Notes: a model not told the origin generated them from the sequence alone. Positions 13,261 to 25,934 are shown, numbered from the stretch's first letter. The stretch: DNA of 64,000 bases from Octopus sinensis (GCF_006345805.1 NC_043008.1:20956001-21020000); one strand, 5' to 3'. Numbers and translations: made by a program.

Positions 13261-13455
13261 TGGAGGCGCAATGGCCCAATGGTTAGAGCAGCGGACTCGC
13301 GGTCAGAGTATCGCGGTTTCGATTCCCAGACCGGGCGTTGTGTGTGTTTATTGAGCGAAAACACCTAAAACTCCACGAGTCTCCGGCAGGAGGTAGTGGC
13401 GACCTCTGTTGTACTCTTTCACTCCAACATTCTCTCACTCTTTCTTCCTGTTTTT
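13261..13455 (+). mobile_element. SINE-C (tRNA-derived head)
   Basis: ggaggcgcaatggcccaatggttagagc (A box) ... cggtttcgattccc (B box), then a body shared with the copies at 32.0, 34.4 and 39.7 kb. Confidence 0.88.
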
Positions 13456-13874
13456 TGTCCCCGACTTCCTACGCCACCGCTGAGCCTGGATGCGCGTTCA
13501 TTCATCCATCGGTGTCGGGGGTTGACCTGCTTTCTCTTCTGCGGGTCTTACGAATAGCAAAGGACCACGTTTCGGACTTCCCCCATCTTGCGAGCTTTGA
13601 GGCGAAGACCGCTTCGCTCAACAGCAACAGCAGTTCCTGCTTTTTGCCTTCTCTTTCTTTGCTTTGTTTGTTGGTCTAAAAAAGGTTTGAACCGAGCAGG
13701 AGTATGTCTGCCCTTGGCTGTCGAAATATTGTCATTCGCAGTTCATTTCTTTTCTACTCTAGGCACAAGGCCTGAAATTTTGGGAGGGAGATAAATCGAT
13801 TAGATCGACCCCAGTACGCAACTCTTTTTTTTTTTGCCATTTCCACTTGACAGAGGAACATTAACGCGGCTTTT

Positions 13875-14258
13875 TTTACTCTAGGCACAAGGCCCGAAAT
13901 GTTTGGGGAGGGAGCCAGTCGATTAGATCGACCCCAGTACGCAACTGGTACTTAATTTATCGACATGGAAGAATGAAAAGCAAAGTCGACCTCGGTGGAA
14001 TTTGAACTCAGAACGTATAGACAGACGAAATACCTATTTCTTTACTACCCACAAGGGGCTAAATACAGAGAGGACAAACAAGGACAGACAAACGGATTAA
14101 GTCGATTATATCGACCCCAGTGCGTAACTGGTACTTATTTAATCGATCCCGAAAGGATGAAAGGTAAAGTCGACCACAGCAGAATTTGAACTCAGAACAT
14201 AAGGCAGACGAAATACCGCTAAGCATTTCGCCTGGAGTGCTCACGTTTCTGCCAGCTC
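13875..14258 (-). mobile_element. SINE-B dimer (head-core-tail1-core-tail2)
   Basis: Head gccagctc...gaaataccgct at ~14210-14258 and tail1 ending aagaaataggt at ~14035. The second core ends in tail2 (ccttgtgcctagagt). Confidence 0.88.
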
Positions 14259-14664
14259 ATTTTTTTTTTTTTTGCCATGTCCACTTGACAGAGGAACGTT
14301 GCCGTGGCTTTTACCATCATAATAAGATAGCCAGGGAAGATTTACGATACATCTCGATGAGATCTAGACCCGTCTAACATGCGGTAACGGGCTTGAAACT
14401 TTACAGGGTTGTAGTGTATAGGCAATGAAAGACTACATGCCGAATGGTCATGTTGACACACTCTTTCGACAGCAATGTTATGCCAGAAGATTTTAACTCG
14501 AGTTAGCAGCTCTTCGTCTTCTCGTCACAACAGTTCAATGTTTTCTAGACAATAAACAGTTTATAATCTCCGACTCGAAAGTTCAAATCCTTCAGAAGTG
14601 ACTATTAAGATTCTGGACACCCGGAAATGATCCTTGATTATCGTTACCCATAGCTTCTATATTA

Positions 14665-15115
14665 TCTTGTATTTTCTGGTTACTTGTTTCATTCATTGTA
14701 TTGCGGCCATACTAGAGCACTGCCTTGACGGGTTTAGACAAACAAATCAACCCCAATACTTATTGGGTTTTTTTTTTAAGTTTGTTCTTGTTTTATCGGT
14801 GTATTTTGCTGAAGCGCTAATTTAGTTATGGGAGACGTAAGCAAAAAAATAAACCAGCATGGGTTGTCAAGTGGTTGTGGTGGTGGTGGAGGACGAGGAG
14901 GAAGGGGAGGGGGAGGGAGGGAGGAGGAGACAAACAGCAAAAACACAGTCACACACACATATGTATATGCATGTACATATATGGCGGGTTTCTTCACAGT
15001 TTCCGTCAAACAAATTCACTCACAAGTGATTGATCACCGTTGAACAATAGTAGGAGACACTTGCCAAAGGTGCCGCACAGTGAGACTGAACCCTAAATCA
15101 CATGATTGCAAAACG
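14665..15115 (-). mobile_element. SINE-A, diverged
   Basis: gcggccatactagagcac...ttccgtcaaacaaattcactcacaag...ttgccaaaggtgccgcacagtgagactgaaccc. Confidence 0.75.
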
Positions 15116-15232
15116 AGTGTCTCTTTTACAGATGAAACATTGACCCTGTTTAGAGTCATTTCTATACCTAATCATTATATTTTGTAGTAAGAGTTTTGAA
15201 TGAGAGGTGAAGATGCGAGACGACCACCAAAA

Positions 15233-15914
15233 ATGGCCGTGCAAAAGTTTTCGGCCACTTCACATAAACCAATCAAGATACAGTGTTTTAAAACAGAAAA
15301 ATGTCTATAATAAAGATTTATTACATAATGTTCATTTCAAGAAATTACAGTACATTGTTAACATTTCGTGTGGCTTTCCTTAGCTTGAATAATTGCTTCA
15401 ATGCGCCTGGGATGATATGCGTACAAATCCTTCACCATCTTCACCGGTATGAGATGCCATTCTCTGTGGATGAGCTCCCACAACTCTTCATGATCACGTG
15501 GATTCTATAGTTCTGTCTTCATTTGATCGATGATATTTAAGTTAGGGTTCTGAGCTAGCCAATCTTTCAAAATGGTAACACCTTCATCGGGCAGACTATT
15601 GTGTTGCACGCGATCTGTGGCATGGAGCTCCGTCATGCTAAAACTTTCACCTTCATCCAAGTCTGGTATCAAATTGTCCTTCAGCAACCGTATTTATTTG
15701 GCACTAGTCGAGTTACCGTCAATTTTAACCAACTTACTTGAGCCATCACTTTCTATATATCCCAGAAGCATCCGACTGACCACTGACCAACAAGCTTCAC
15801 TGTTTTCGTTGTGTAACGTGGCTCGTTTCGCTTTCTTGGAGGACTTCTAACAAATTCTCGCTTATTAGAAATTTACAATAATTCAAAGTGACCGAAGACT
15901 TTTTAACGGTACTG
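15233..15914 (-). mobile_element. Tc1-family transposon, internally deleted and decayed
   Basis: TIR-like pair ccgtgcaaaagttttcggccactt (15237-15260) and aagtgaccgaagactttttaacgg (15886-15909), 20/24 identical, with a CAGT terminus and TA at 15915. Minus translation gives HDGAPCH, DWLAQNPNLNIID (DWPAQSPDLNxIE-like) and RRIEAIIQAK. Confidence 0.82.
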
Positions 15915-16292
15915 TATAAGCCGTAGAAAATTATATTAACTAAAAAGTTACCCAAAACAAATCATAATTCAGAAAATATAAAACTATGTAGACACAAAAT
16001 TTTCACCAATAGCCAAAAACAAAAGTTATTATATCTCACCTCGGATGGGTGAACTTGCTTGTTACAGCTCAATAATACATCATCGAGTGACTTGATATTT
16101 ATCAGTGGTATTCTTATAGAAACTGACAGTTTTCCTAATAGTTAAGTTGTATTTTATGTTTATTGGCATTTAAGATGACAAAGCAAATTTATATAAAAGT
16201 GAAGAAGAAAATGGTAAAATAGTATCTTTATCTTTTACTTGCTGAGTCTGGAAAAGGAGGAGCAGTGCCCATGGTATGTGCATGCTCACAAT

Positions 16293-16524
16293 AAGGCGGC
16301 GAGTTGGCAGAAACGTTAGCACGCCGGACGAAATGCTAAGCGGTATTTCGTCTGCCGTTACGTTCTGGGTTCAAATTCCGCCGAGGTCGACGTTGCCTTT
16401 CATCCTTTCGGGGTCGATAAATTAAGTACCAGTTACGCACTGGGGGTCGATGTAATCGACTTAATCCGTTTGTCTGTCCTTGTTTGTCCTCTCTGTGTTT
16501 GGCCCCTTGTTGGTAGTAAAGAAA
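16293..16524 (+). mobile_element. SINE-B monomer with 16-bp TSD
   Basis: Full head-core-tail1. The TSD gtatgtgcatgctcac lies at 16274-16289 and 16528-16543. Confidence 0.93.
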
Positions 16525-16775
16525 CATGTATGTGCATGCTCACCTTTACTGTTATGTTTGATACGTTAATATACGTTAATATTTCATTGAAATTATTGCA
16601 GATTAAAACCTGTAGGAGAGATATGTGCTGGGGATGAAGCACGATATCGATGTTCTGGGGAGTTGGGAGTTAAGTACGTGGAATTTATATATTTATACGA
16701 CTTCAAATTGAACTTTTTGAAGTTTTACGTAAACTGATGTTGGAAACAGAGTTGGTATAGAAAAAACAGTAACTA

Positions 16776-17295
16776 CCGTAAATCTTCGCGTATAGTCCAC
16801 CCTTGAGTATAATACGCAGGAGATTTTTAGGGGGTGTTACCTCTGAAAAACCTAAACCTTGTGTATAATATGCATTCCTTCTCTAAAATGAGTCGTGCGT
16901 AATTAAGCCAGCAGCACCTTGTCGAACAAACACTTCCACACATGCGTAATACAATAATGGTGATGTTCTTAACTGTTATATGGGAATGTAAATATGTTTG
17001 CAAATTGTTTTTGTTACATGTTATTCTATGTTCTGAATACTTTTATTTTAATAGATGTTGCTTATTGCAAGTCATGGATGATTCTTTTAAGACTTCATTG
17101 CTTTCAGGCTTAGCTTAAGGTATTTTCGCGCCTGACATCACAAACTGCGTCTGAATAAACATTGCTGGACAGCAAATAGAGACTCGAACATTTCTTAGAA
17201 GACATTTTTAATTTTCAACCTCGTATATAATACGCACTGGGGATTTTGCCCTTTAAATTTTCGGGAAAATGCGGATTATACTCGAGGATTTACGG
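16776..17295. mobile_element. Tc1/mariner-superfamily (pogo-like) MITE
   Basis: TA-flanked terminal inverted repeats ccgtaaatcttcgcgtatagtcc / ggattatactcgaggatttacgg. No ORF. Confidence 0.8.
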
Positions 17296-17370
17296 TAATC
17301 ATTAAAAATGTGTTAAAGTATTTCTTTGTCTTATTTTTCGGATATTATGTGTGTGTGCATGTATATATAT

Positions 17371-17427
<57 letters not shown>

Positions 17428-17631
17428 GGTAGGACAGAAAGTACATAACAAGCGGAAATCAGCAAAACACATGCTCCGTGTATCTCTTGTTTCGGTCGTT
17501 TGTTTATGTTATCGTCTATTTTTCTGCATGTTGTGTTCTTTCTGTCCTACCTTTGATTTATCCATGCCACTCACCGTACAACCTGTTGTTTACTTTGCTA
17601 AAATATACATACATATATATATATATATATT

Positions 17632-17702
<71 letters not shown>

Positions 17703-17787
17703 TTAGAGACAAAAACACTATTTTGCAAAACAAACAAGGAAAGACTTAATCAATACATAAAATTTTAATAAAAAGTCAAAAAAACCG

Positions 17788-17829
17788 CCACTACAATTGT
17801 TTTTGTCCTGATCGACAATCTTCAGGTGG
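17788..17829 (-). ncRNA. Minimal type I hammerhead, core-defective copy
   Basis: Same as 19361-19403 except that GACAA-GAAA reads GACAA-AAA (G12 missing). Confidence 0.55.
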
Positions 17830-19360
17830 ACTTCCAATCTAAAATATCAATATTTTAAAATATAAAAATAATAATTTTAAAATAATTAAAGTATTAATGA
17901 AAAAATATGAATATATAATCTATATATAACCTATATAATCCATATATAATCAATATATAAACAATATATAAACTAAAATAAACCTATCAACAATTAAATA
18001 TAAAATATAAAATATAAAATATAAAACAAAACAAAAAATAAACTATATATACACCCATACACATATAACTAATTATATATAACCATATCTAAATACATAC
18101 ACTAAATCACACACCTATATATATATATCCTATACATACACATAAAGACGTCTAGGCAACGATAAATAAATAAAATAGCCAAATACTTCAACACAATACT
18201 TATTCATACTCCCTCACACACACATACAACCCACATTCCCGCTCTGGAAACGGACATCACTTAAAACTATGAATGGTTACTTACGATGTATTTTATATAT
18301 CGTATTATGTGTAATAATGTTGTTTTTCTTTGGAGTGTTTATGTATGTGGGATTGTGTGTGAGTGTGTGCGTATTTTGGTTGTGTAGTTTGTTTGTCTGT
18401 GTGAGTGTGGGTGTGTTAATATTGTTGTATATATCGAGTTTAGTGAGTATGTATATGTATATGGTGTGTGTTTTACGTATGTATATTTGTGTGTGAATGT
18501 GTTTATGGGTTTGCTATATAGGTTTGGGGATGTATGTGTTTATTTGTCTGTGTGGGGTTGAGTGGGTTTTTGGAGTATATATTGAGGTTTATATGTATGT
18601 ATAGGTATGTGTGAGTGAGGTGGGTATTTGTATATGTCGTGGGTGTGTGGTTTACGTGTGTGTATTTGTGTGTGAATGTTTAGGTTAGGGGGATTGCTAT
18701 ATAGGTATGTTATAGAGTTTAGTTAAGGGAGATTTTATCATTATATGTTTTTATGAGTTTTGGTTTGTCATGGTAGTTTTGTTAAGGAATTCGTAGTAAT
18801 TTGTGTCTATTTACGATGTCTGTTGTTTTATTGCATTGTTTCATTCATAATTTTTAAGTAATGTTCGTTTTACCAAGTGAATATAATTTTTAATTCCATT
18901 TATTCCATTTCTCCATTCATAGTTTTAAGTGATGTCCGTTTCCAGAGCGGGAATGTGGGTTGTATGTGTGTGTGAGGGAGTATGAATAAGTATTGTGTTG
19001 AAGTATTTGGCTATTTTATTTATTTATCGTTGCCTAGACGTTTTTATGTGTATGTATAGGGATATATATATAGGTGTGTGATTTAGTGTATGTATTTAGA
19101 TATGGTTATATATAATTAGTTATATGTGTATGGGTGTATATATAGTTTATTTTTTGTTTTGTTTTATATTTTATATTTTATATTTTATATTTAATTGTTG
19201 ATAGGTTTATTTTAGTTTATATATTGTTTATATATTGATTATATATGGATTATATATAGGTTATATATAGATTATATATTTATATTTTTTCATTAATACT
19301 TTAATTATTTTAAAATTATTATTTTTATATTTTAAAATATTGATATTTTAGATTGGAAGT

Positions 19361-19403
19361 CCACCTGAAGATTGTCGATCAGGACAAGAAACAATTGTAG
19401 TGG
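19361..19403 (+). ncRNA. Minimal type I hammerhead ribozyme motif
   Basis: CCAC-CTGAAGA-TTGTC-gatcag-GACAA-GAAA-CAATTG-TA-GTGG. It has a complete core, 4-bp helix I, perfect 5-bp helix II, palindromic helix III and a GUA triplet. Confidence 0.8.
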
Positions 19404-19602
19404 CGGTTTTTTTGACTTTTTATTAAAATTTTATGTATTGATTAAGTCTTTCCTTGTTTGTTTTGCAAAATAGTGGTTTTGTCTCTAATAATATTATATA
19501 ATATTTTACTATAAAATTGGATTTAATCCTAAATCTGATTTTTTCCCTGTAAATTTGGATTTATTCCCTAATATTTATTATTATATATATATATATTATA
19601 TA

Positions 19603-19633
<31 letters not shown>

Positions 19634-19666
19634 CATACATATATACATACATACTTACATACATGC

Positions 19667-19697
<31 letters not shown>

Positions 19698-19746
19698 CAT
19701 ACATATATACATACATACATACTTACATACATGCATATATACATAT

Positions 19747-19823
<77 letters not shown>

Positions 19824-19844
19824 TATATATATACATATATATAT

Positions 19845-20000
19845 AGTTTCCTTTCCGTCTACCAAGTTAATCCAAATCTATTCACAAGGTTTTGGTCAGC
19901 CGGCTGCTATTGCAGAAGACACTCGCCCAAGATGGACGCAGTGGAACTGAACCCAATACCACGTGGTCAGAAAGCGAGCTTCTTAACCGTACAGACCGTT
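19845..20000 (-). mobile_element. SINE-A head fragment
   Basis: tttccgtctaccaag...ctcgcccaagatggacgcagtggaactgaaccc. Confidence 0.7.
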
Positions 20001-20456
20001 TCCCTCCTTGGAATCTGAAGAATGTTGGGTCCAGGAGCTAATGAATCTAGCAATATAGTAAAAAAAACCTGGCTCTTTTTTAATTAATCTTCATGAGATA
20101 TGTCTCTGGTCCGACATCGGGAACAGAACAGTAAGAGGAAGGTGTGGGGAAGGGTAACTGAAAATGAGATAAACATGAGAAGAGACTCCATGAAGTTTGG
20201 TGCGACGGAATACTCACCCTCATCGAGACAGATAAACACAGACAGATGCATATACCAAAAAAGAAATAAACATGACGATCAATGATATTAAAGAATAGAA
20301 AAATATAGAGAGATTTCTTAACGAAAGAAGGAAAGAAGAAGGAAAAAAATATGAAACCTCCTACCGAAACATCGTTCAAAACACATTTTTATAGCCTCAG
20401 AAAATGGAAAGAACAAACAGCATAACAGGTGCTACTCCGACAAGATATCTGTGTGT

Positions 20457-20523
<67 letters not shown>

Positions 20524-20539
20524 TGACTGTGTGTCTGTC

Positions 20540-20574
<35 letters not shown>

Positions 20575-20747
20575 ATCTGTGACTGTGTGTGTGTGTATGT
20601 GTGTGTGTGTGTGTCTGTGACTGTGTGTGTGTGTGTCTGTGACTGTGTGTGTGTGTGTGTGTCTGTCTGTGACTGTGTGTCTGTGTGTGTGTATGTATAT
20701 CATTTGTAATAGTATCGTTGTTATTACTTTTCGTCGTCACATCCTCA

Positions 20748-20782
<35 letters not shown>

Positions 20783-20789
20783 GTTATAC

Positions 20790-21195
20790 TCTTTTACTCT
20801 TTTACTTGTTTCAGTCAGTTGACTGCGGCCATGCTGGAGCACCGCCTTTAGTCGAGCAACTCGACCCCGGGATTTATTCTTTATAAGCCCAGTACTTATT
20901 CTATCGGTCTCTTTTGCCGAACAGCTAAATAACGGGGACATAAACACACCAGCATCGGTTGTCAAGCAATGCTAGGGGGACAAACACAGACACACAAACA
21001 TACATGCACACACATATATATATATATACATATATACGACGGGCTTCTCTCAGTTTCCGTCTACCAAATCCACTCACAAGGCTTTGGTCGGCCGAGGCTA
21101 TAGTAGAAGACACTTGCCCAAGGTGCCACGTAGTGGGACTGAACCCGGAACCATGTGGTTGGTAAGCAAGCTACTTACCACACAGCTACTCCTAC

Positions 21196-21249
<54 letters not shown>

Positions 21250-21662
21250 GTTATACTCTTTTACTCTTTTACTTGTTTCAGTCAGTTGACTGCGGCCATG
21301 CTGGAGCACCGCCTTTAGTCGAGCAACTCGACCCCGGGATTTATTCTTTATAAGCCCAGTACTTATTCTATCGGTCTCTTTTGCCGAACCGCTAAATAAC
21401 GGGGACATAAACACACCAGCATCGGTTGTCAAGCAATGCTAGGGGGACAAACACAGACACACAAACATACATGCACACACATATATATATATATACATAT
21501 ATACGACGGGCTTCTCTCAGTTTCCGTCTACCAAATCCACTCACAAGGCTTTGGTCGGCCGAGGCTATAGTAGAAGACACTTGCCCAAGGTGCCACGTAG
21601 TGGGACTGAACCCGGAACCATGTGGTTGGTAAGCAAGCTACTTACCACACAGCTACTCCTAC

Positions 21663-21663
<1 letters not shown>
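20790..21663 (-). mobile_element. Two full SINE-A copies in tandem (467-bp period) separated by (TTA)n
   Basis: 20790-21196 and 21257-21663 are almost identical. The ORF track repeats with an offset of 467. Confidence 0.93.
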
Positions 21664-21720
<57 letters not shown>

Positions 21721-21724
<4 letters not shown>

Positions 21725-21930
21725 AACTCCAAGTACTCCTCTCAACACATGACTATGATGCTCCCCAACTACTTCTGCTCGTGATCAGAGATGCACATAT
21801 TGTCAGCCACGAAGGAACATGCTCAACTGGTTACGGTCAAACAACTGACAAACAAATCTGTGGTGTTGAGCAGAATATTTACTGTAGCCCATCTTTTATA
21901 CCAAGTGAAAATATGTACAATACATGATAA
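21721..21930 (-). mobile_element. Element D fragment
   Basis: ttcaaactcc...ctcaacacatg...gtgatcagagatgcac...caactgacaa...cccatcttttatacc matches part of 23156-23711. Confidence 0.8.
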
Positions 21931-21968
21931 TACTACTACTACTATTATTATTATTATTGTTATTATTA

Positions 21969-23128
21969 TTCTATGTTTGACTTTTGCTTTATGCCTGTAC
22001 AAGTTGACTCCGGGTCTCACCCAGAGACCTCAAGAGACAACAGGTTGGAAGTTCACGTTGTTGTTATGCCTAGTGTGCCATATATTTGTTTTTTTTTTTG
22101 TTGCTTTTTTGTTTTGTACTAGTGAATGTCTAATACATAAATTTTAAAAAAATAAGTTTGTTTTAAACCTTGGGATTACATAGAGAGTATTTTGCGTAGG
22201 ATAAGAGAGCAGTTCCCATGAGCACTATCTTTTGAATTTCTGCCATTTTGGGGTTTCCTGGTATCTGAGTTAGGTAGCTATCAGCCCCTTTCGCTATCAT
22301 TCCCAGGGCACCTATGACAACAGGTATTGTTTTAGTCTTCAGGTTCCACATTTTGCTGATTTGTATTTCAAGATCTTTATATTTGCTCAGTTTTTGGTAG
22401 GTCTTGACAGATACGTTTATATCGATTGGGACAGTCATATCAATGAGGAGGCATGTTCTTTGTCTGAAGTCTTTCAATATGATGTCTGGCCTATTTGCAT
22501 CTATCTTTCTGTCAGTTTGAATGGGTGAAGTTCCAGAGGAGTGAGAGGTGTTCATTGTCAAGCACTGGAGGTGGATTGTGTTCCCACCAGTTTTTTTTCA
22601 TGGGGCAAATCCAGGTTTTTGCAAATTACCCAGTGAATATATTGTGCAGCTCTATCATGCCTGTTGAGGTACTCTCTAGGCGCTAGAAGACTGCATTTGG
22701 AGACAACATGATCAATGATTTCATTTTGTTGTCGGCATACACGACATGTTGGGCTACTGCCGTTCTTTAATATGTTGGCCTGGTAGTTTCTTGTTGGTAG
22801 ACATTGATCTTGAGCTGCTATGATAAACCCTTCTGTTTCAGATTTTAAGCCAGAGGCCATTAGCCATTGATGGGTCAGGGCTTTGTCAATATCTGCATTA
22901 TTCGCTCTCTTTGGGTATTTGCCATAGAGAGGATTTTCTTGCCATTTACTATTCAAAATATCTAAGGCCGCAGTTTTGGCACGGGTTTTCATGCGCCTAG
23001 CTTTTTCTGTGCTTGTTTCTTGTATGTCTATCTCTAATTCCGAAATTTGTTGTATTCGGAATTCACTTAGATATTCCTTTGCCTGTTTTGTTACTGAGTA
23101 TGATGCTCTCTTGTTTTCATGTTTTGAG
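21969..23128 (-). mobile_element. R4/Dong-like RLE non-LTR retrotransposon, 5'-truncated, inserted in (TAA)n
   Basis: ORFs 22558-22992 (LKSETEGFIIAAQDQCLPTRNY, CRVC..E..DHVVSKC zinc knuckle, RHD) and 22163-22561 (NRPDII..IDMTVP..KLSKYKDL..PVVIGALG) are split by one frameshift. The 3' UTR ends in (TAA)n and the 5' junction is also in (TAA)n. Confidence 0.92.
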
Positions 23129-23155
23129 ATTATTATTATTATTATTATTATTATT

Positions 23156-23711
23156 GAGTGAGAGAGCAGTTCATGCCATCAAAGTGACACTGGGGTAAAA
23201 TATACGAAGCCCAATATACCCATCATGACTACCCGTCTGATAAAGGTACACCAGGCACATGCATCACAACCATATGTGCGCGACATGGTGATCTCATATC
23301 AAGATAAACAGCACATGACCTTGCAGGTGGGGCCCAGTTAGAATTTTCTTCAGGTTGAGTAGCCTATCCTGCTCAAAAGGTCCTTGAATAAGGGTTGCTT
23401 TAGGATGTTGAACGAAACCACCTATGTTTCCAGAGGTGAACCATTCAAACTCCAAAGAATCCCTCTCAACACATGGCCATGATGCTCCCCCACTACTTCT
23501 GCTCGTGATCAAAGATGCACGTATTGTCAGCCACTAAGGGACATGCTCAACTGGTTAAGGTCAAACAACTGACAAGCAAATCTGTGGTATTGAGCAGAAT
23601 ATTTGCTGTTGCCCATCTTTTATACCAAAAAAAACAATGTACATGATAACACTTCCAATCAGTTAAGATCAGAAGCCATGAGAGCCACTACCTGGTACTG
23701 CATCAGGGCAT
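23156..23711 (-). mobile_element. Element D, ~560-bp non-coding repeat flanked by (TAA)n
   Basis: Homologous copies lie at 50598-51153, 58602-59089 and 21721-21930. No TIR, no clear Pol III B box and no ORF. Strand is inferred from the TAA tail. Confidence 0.85.
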
Positions 23712-23746
23712 TTATTATTATTATTATTATTATCATTATTATTATT

Positions 23747-24120
23747 ATTACCTCCGCCTTAGCGAAGGGGCCGGTATTGTTTTCAGTTGTGTTTGTTTGA
23801 CCGTGGACAAAATATCTCAAGAACCGCTGGGTGGATTTGGATGAAATTTTCAGGGACGTTTGGCCTCGTGACTAGCACGAACTGATTAGATTTTGGGATC
23901 GATCCTATTCCGGTCAAGGGTTCTGGATTGTTTTTCTAATTTGTTTTGTTTTTTTTTACTTAAATTTTGAGAGCGGCCGGGTTCACTTTTAGTATTCTTG
24001 ATTGTGAGAGCAGTCGAGTTTATTTCAGATATTCTCATTTTAAAAATCATCTCTGGCCAATCGTTGAGAGGATGTTGGTGTTGTCTTGGCGGAGGTTTGC
24101 GCTCTCTGAGTGCTCTTGTT
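23747..24120 (+). mobile_element. Non-autonomous Helentron/DINE-1-like element
   Basis: 5' attacctccgcc is inverted with subterminal ggcggagg (24088-24095), followed by the 3' hairpin gcgctc-tct-gagtgc and a T-rich end. It carries the internal ggatttggatgaaattttcagg motif. Confidence 0.78.
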
Positions 24121-24126
24121 GTTATT

Positions 24127-24341
24127 AAGGCGGGGATCAGGCAGAATCGTTAGCGCGCCAGACGAAATGCTTAGCAGTATTTTGCCTATCGCTACGGGCT
24201 GAGTTCAAATTCCCCCGAGGTCGACTTTGCCTTTCATTCTTTCGGGGTCTATAAGTTAACTACCAGTCAAAACCTGAGGTCGATGTAATCGACTAGACCC
24301 TCCCCAAAAAAATTTCAGGCCTTGTGCCTATTGTAGAAAGG
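24127..24341 (+). mobile_element. SINE-B with tail2
   Basis: Head aaggcggggatcaggcagaatcgttagc, core, then tail ccctccccaaaaaatttcaggccttgtgcctattgtagaaagg running into (ATT)n. Confidence 0.85.
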
Positions 24342-24394
<53 letters not shown>

Positions 24395-24396
24395 CA

Positions 24397-24469
<73 letters not shown>
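24342..24469. repeat. (ATT)n microsatellite
   Basis: Nearly pure array. Confidence 0.97.
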
Positions 24470-24471
<2 letters not shown>

Positions 24472-24645
24472 CTGTAACATGTTTTTTTCTCTCGGAATGT
24501 CATCATATGATTTCTATATTGCTTTTACTTAAATCTGAGAGAAATTTAAGCAAAATATTGATTAAGAAAAAGAAAATAATATTGGCCCCTGGCGTTGTTG
24601 ACACGAGTATGTAGTAACTCCATGAAACAAGTAAAGTAAATATAT

Positions 24646-24647
<2 letters not shown>

Positions 24648-24742
<95 letters not shown>
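24648..24742. repeat. (GATA)n microsatellite
   Basis: Pure array. Confidence 0.97.
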
Positions 24743-25746
24743 GATATATAAACATACACACATATACACATACATATACATATACATGTATAAATACATA
24801 TTTGTGCCTGTATGTATGTGAGTTTGTCTGTGTCCATATGTGTAAGCGTGTATGTAATTTCTGTAAATCATACACAAATCAATGTGATGTATTTGTAAAA
24901 GAAATACACACACAAAAAAAAACGTTTACTTACGAACAGAAACGAACAGAAAAAAAACAAGTTTGTTCCTGAACCACCAACACCACAGACACTACGAGAA
25001 GTGCTATCACCACTACTATCCCGACGAAGTTAAAGGAAAAAGTAAATGAAAAAAACATTCAATTTAGTTTATAAGAAACAAACTATTCCGATTGGTCGTC
25101 TAGGTTAACGTAAGCAATATATCCAATATCTAAAACACCACAGACAAACCAAGTGCAGAAAGTACTATATATAATTTGGTCAAATGAAATGATATAGCAT
25201 TAACCTAATAGCTTCTGGATTCCAGACTGTCTTTTTCTATCAAGACTTTCTAGATATATATAGTTTATATTTAATTAAAATGAACGTATGTCTACTTCGT
25301 ACACGTAACTAATCAATCAAATATACAGAGAATCTCACAAAGCAGACACCCAAACTCTAGCAGAGGTTATTCTATACTTATTGATATTTTTACTGCTATA
25401 GGTATGAGAATTATAAAATACCAAAAGCAAATTTTGAAATATTTATATTTTCTTTATAATTTTTAATGCTAAATTTGACTTCTTGTCTCTTTAATTAAAG
25501 AATGCTAAATATTTTGATGTAATAAGTACCACGTTAACAGGCACATATATATATTCATAAAGACGTGCACAAATGCATAAAAACACACGCTCATATACAT
25601 ATGCATACACATATAGATATATATGTGTATGTGTTTGCGTGTGTACATATATACATATATATATATATTTGTAGATAGACAGATACATACATACAGACAG
25701 ACAGACAAACAGACAGAGAAGACTGACAGGCTACAGACAGACAGGC

Positions 25747-25754
25747 AGGCAAGC

Positions 25755-25794
<40 letters not shown>

Positions 25795-25795
25795 T

Positions 25796-25850
<55 letters not shown>

Positions 25851-25887
25851 GATGGATGGATGGATGGATGGATGGATGGTGGAGATG

Positions 25888-25934
<47 letters not shown>

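Larger units (their letters stand above)
17694..19497. mobile_element. 1.8-kb inverted-repeat element (Penelope-like pseudo-LTR arrangement)
   Basis: 17694-18276 is the reverse complement of 18913-19497 (~585 bp, few differences), separated by a 636-bp G/T-rich spacer. Each arm carries a hammerhead motif and the element is bounded by or close to (TA)n arrays. Confidence 0.8.

Noticed and set aside
13261-13340. tRNA-like sequences (also 16293, 44867, 62870-62953)
   Set aside because: They have A and B boxes but no complete cloverleaf and continue into repeated SINE bodies, so they are not tRNA genes.
23620-23711. HDV-like ribozyme at the inferred 5' end of element D
   Set aside because: I could not build the nested double pseudoknot by hand, so it is left as a computational test.
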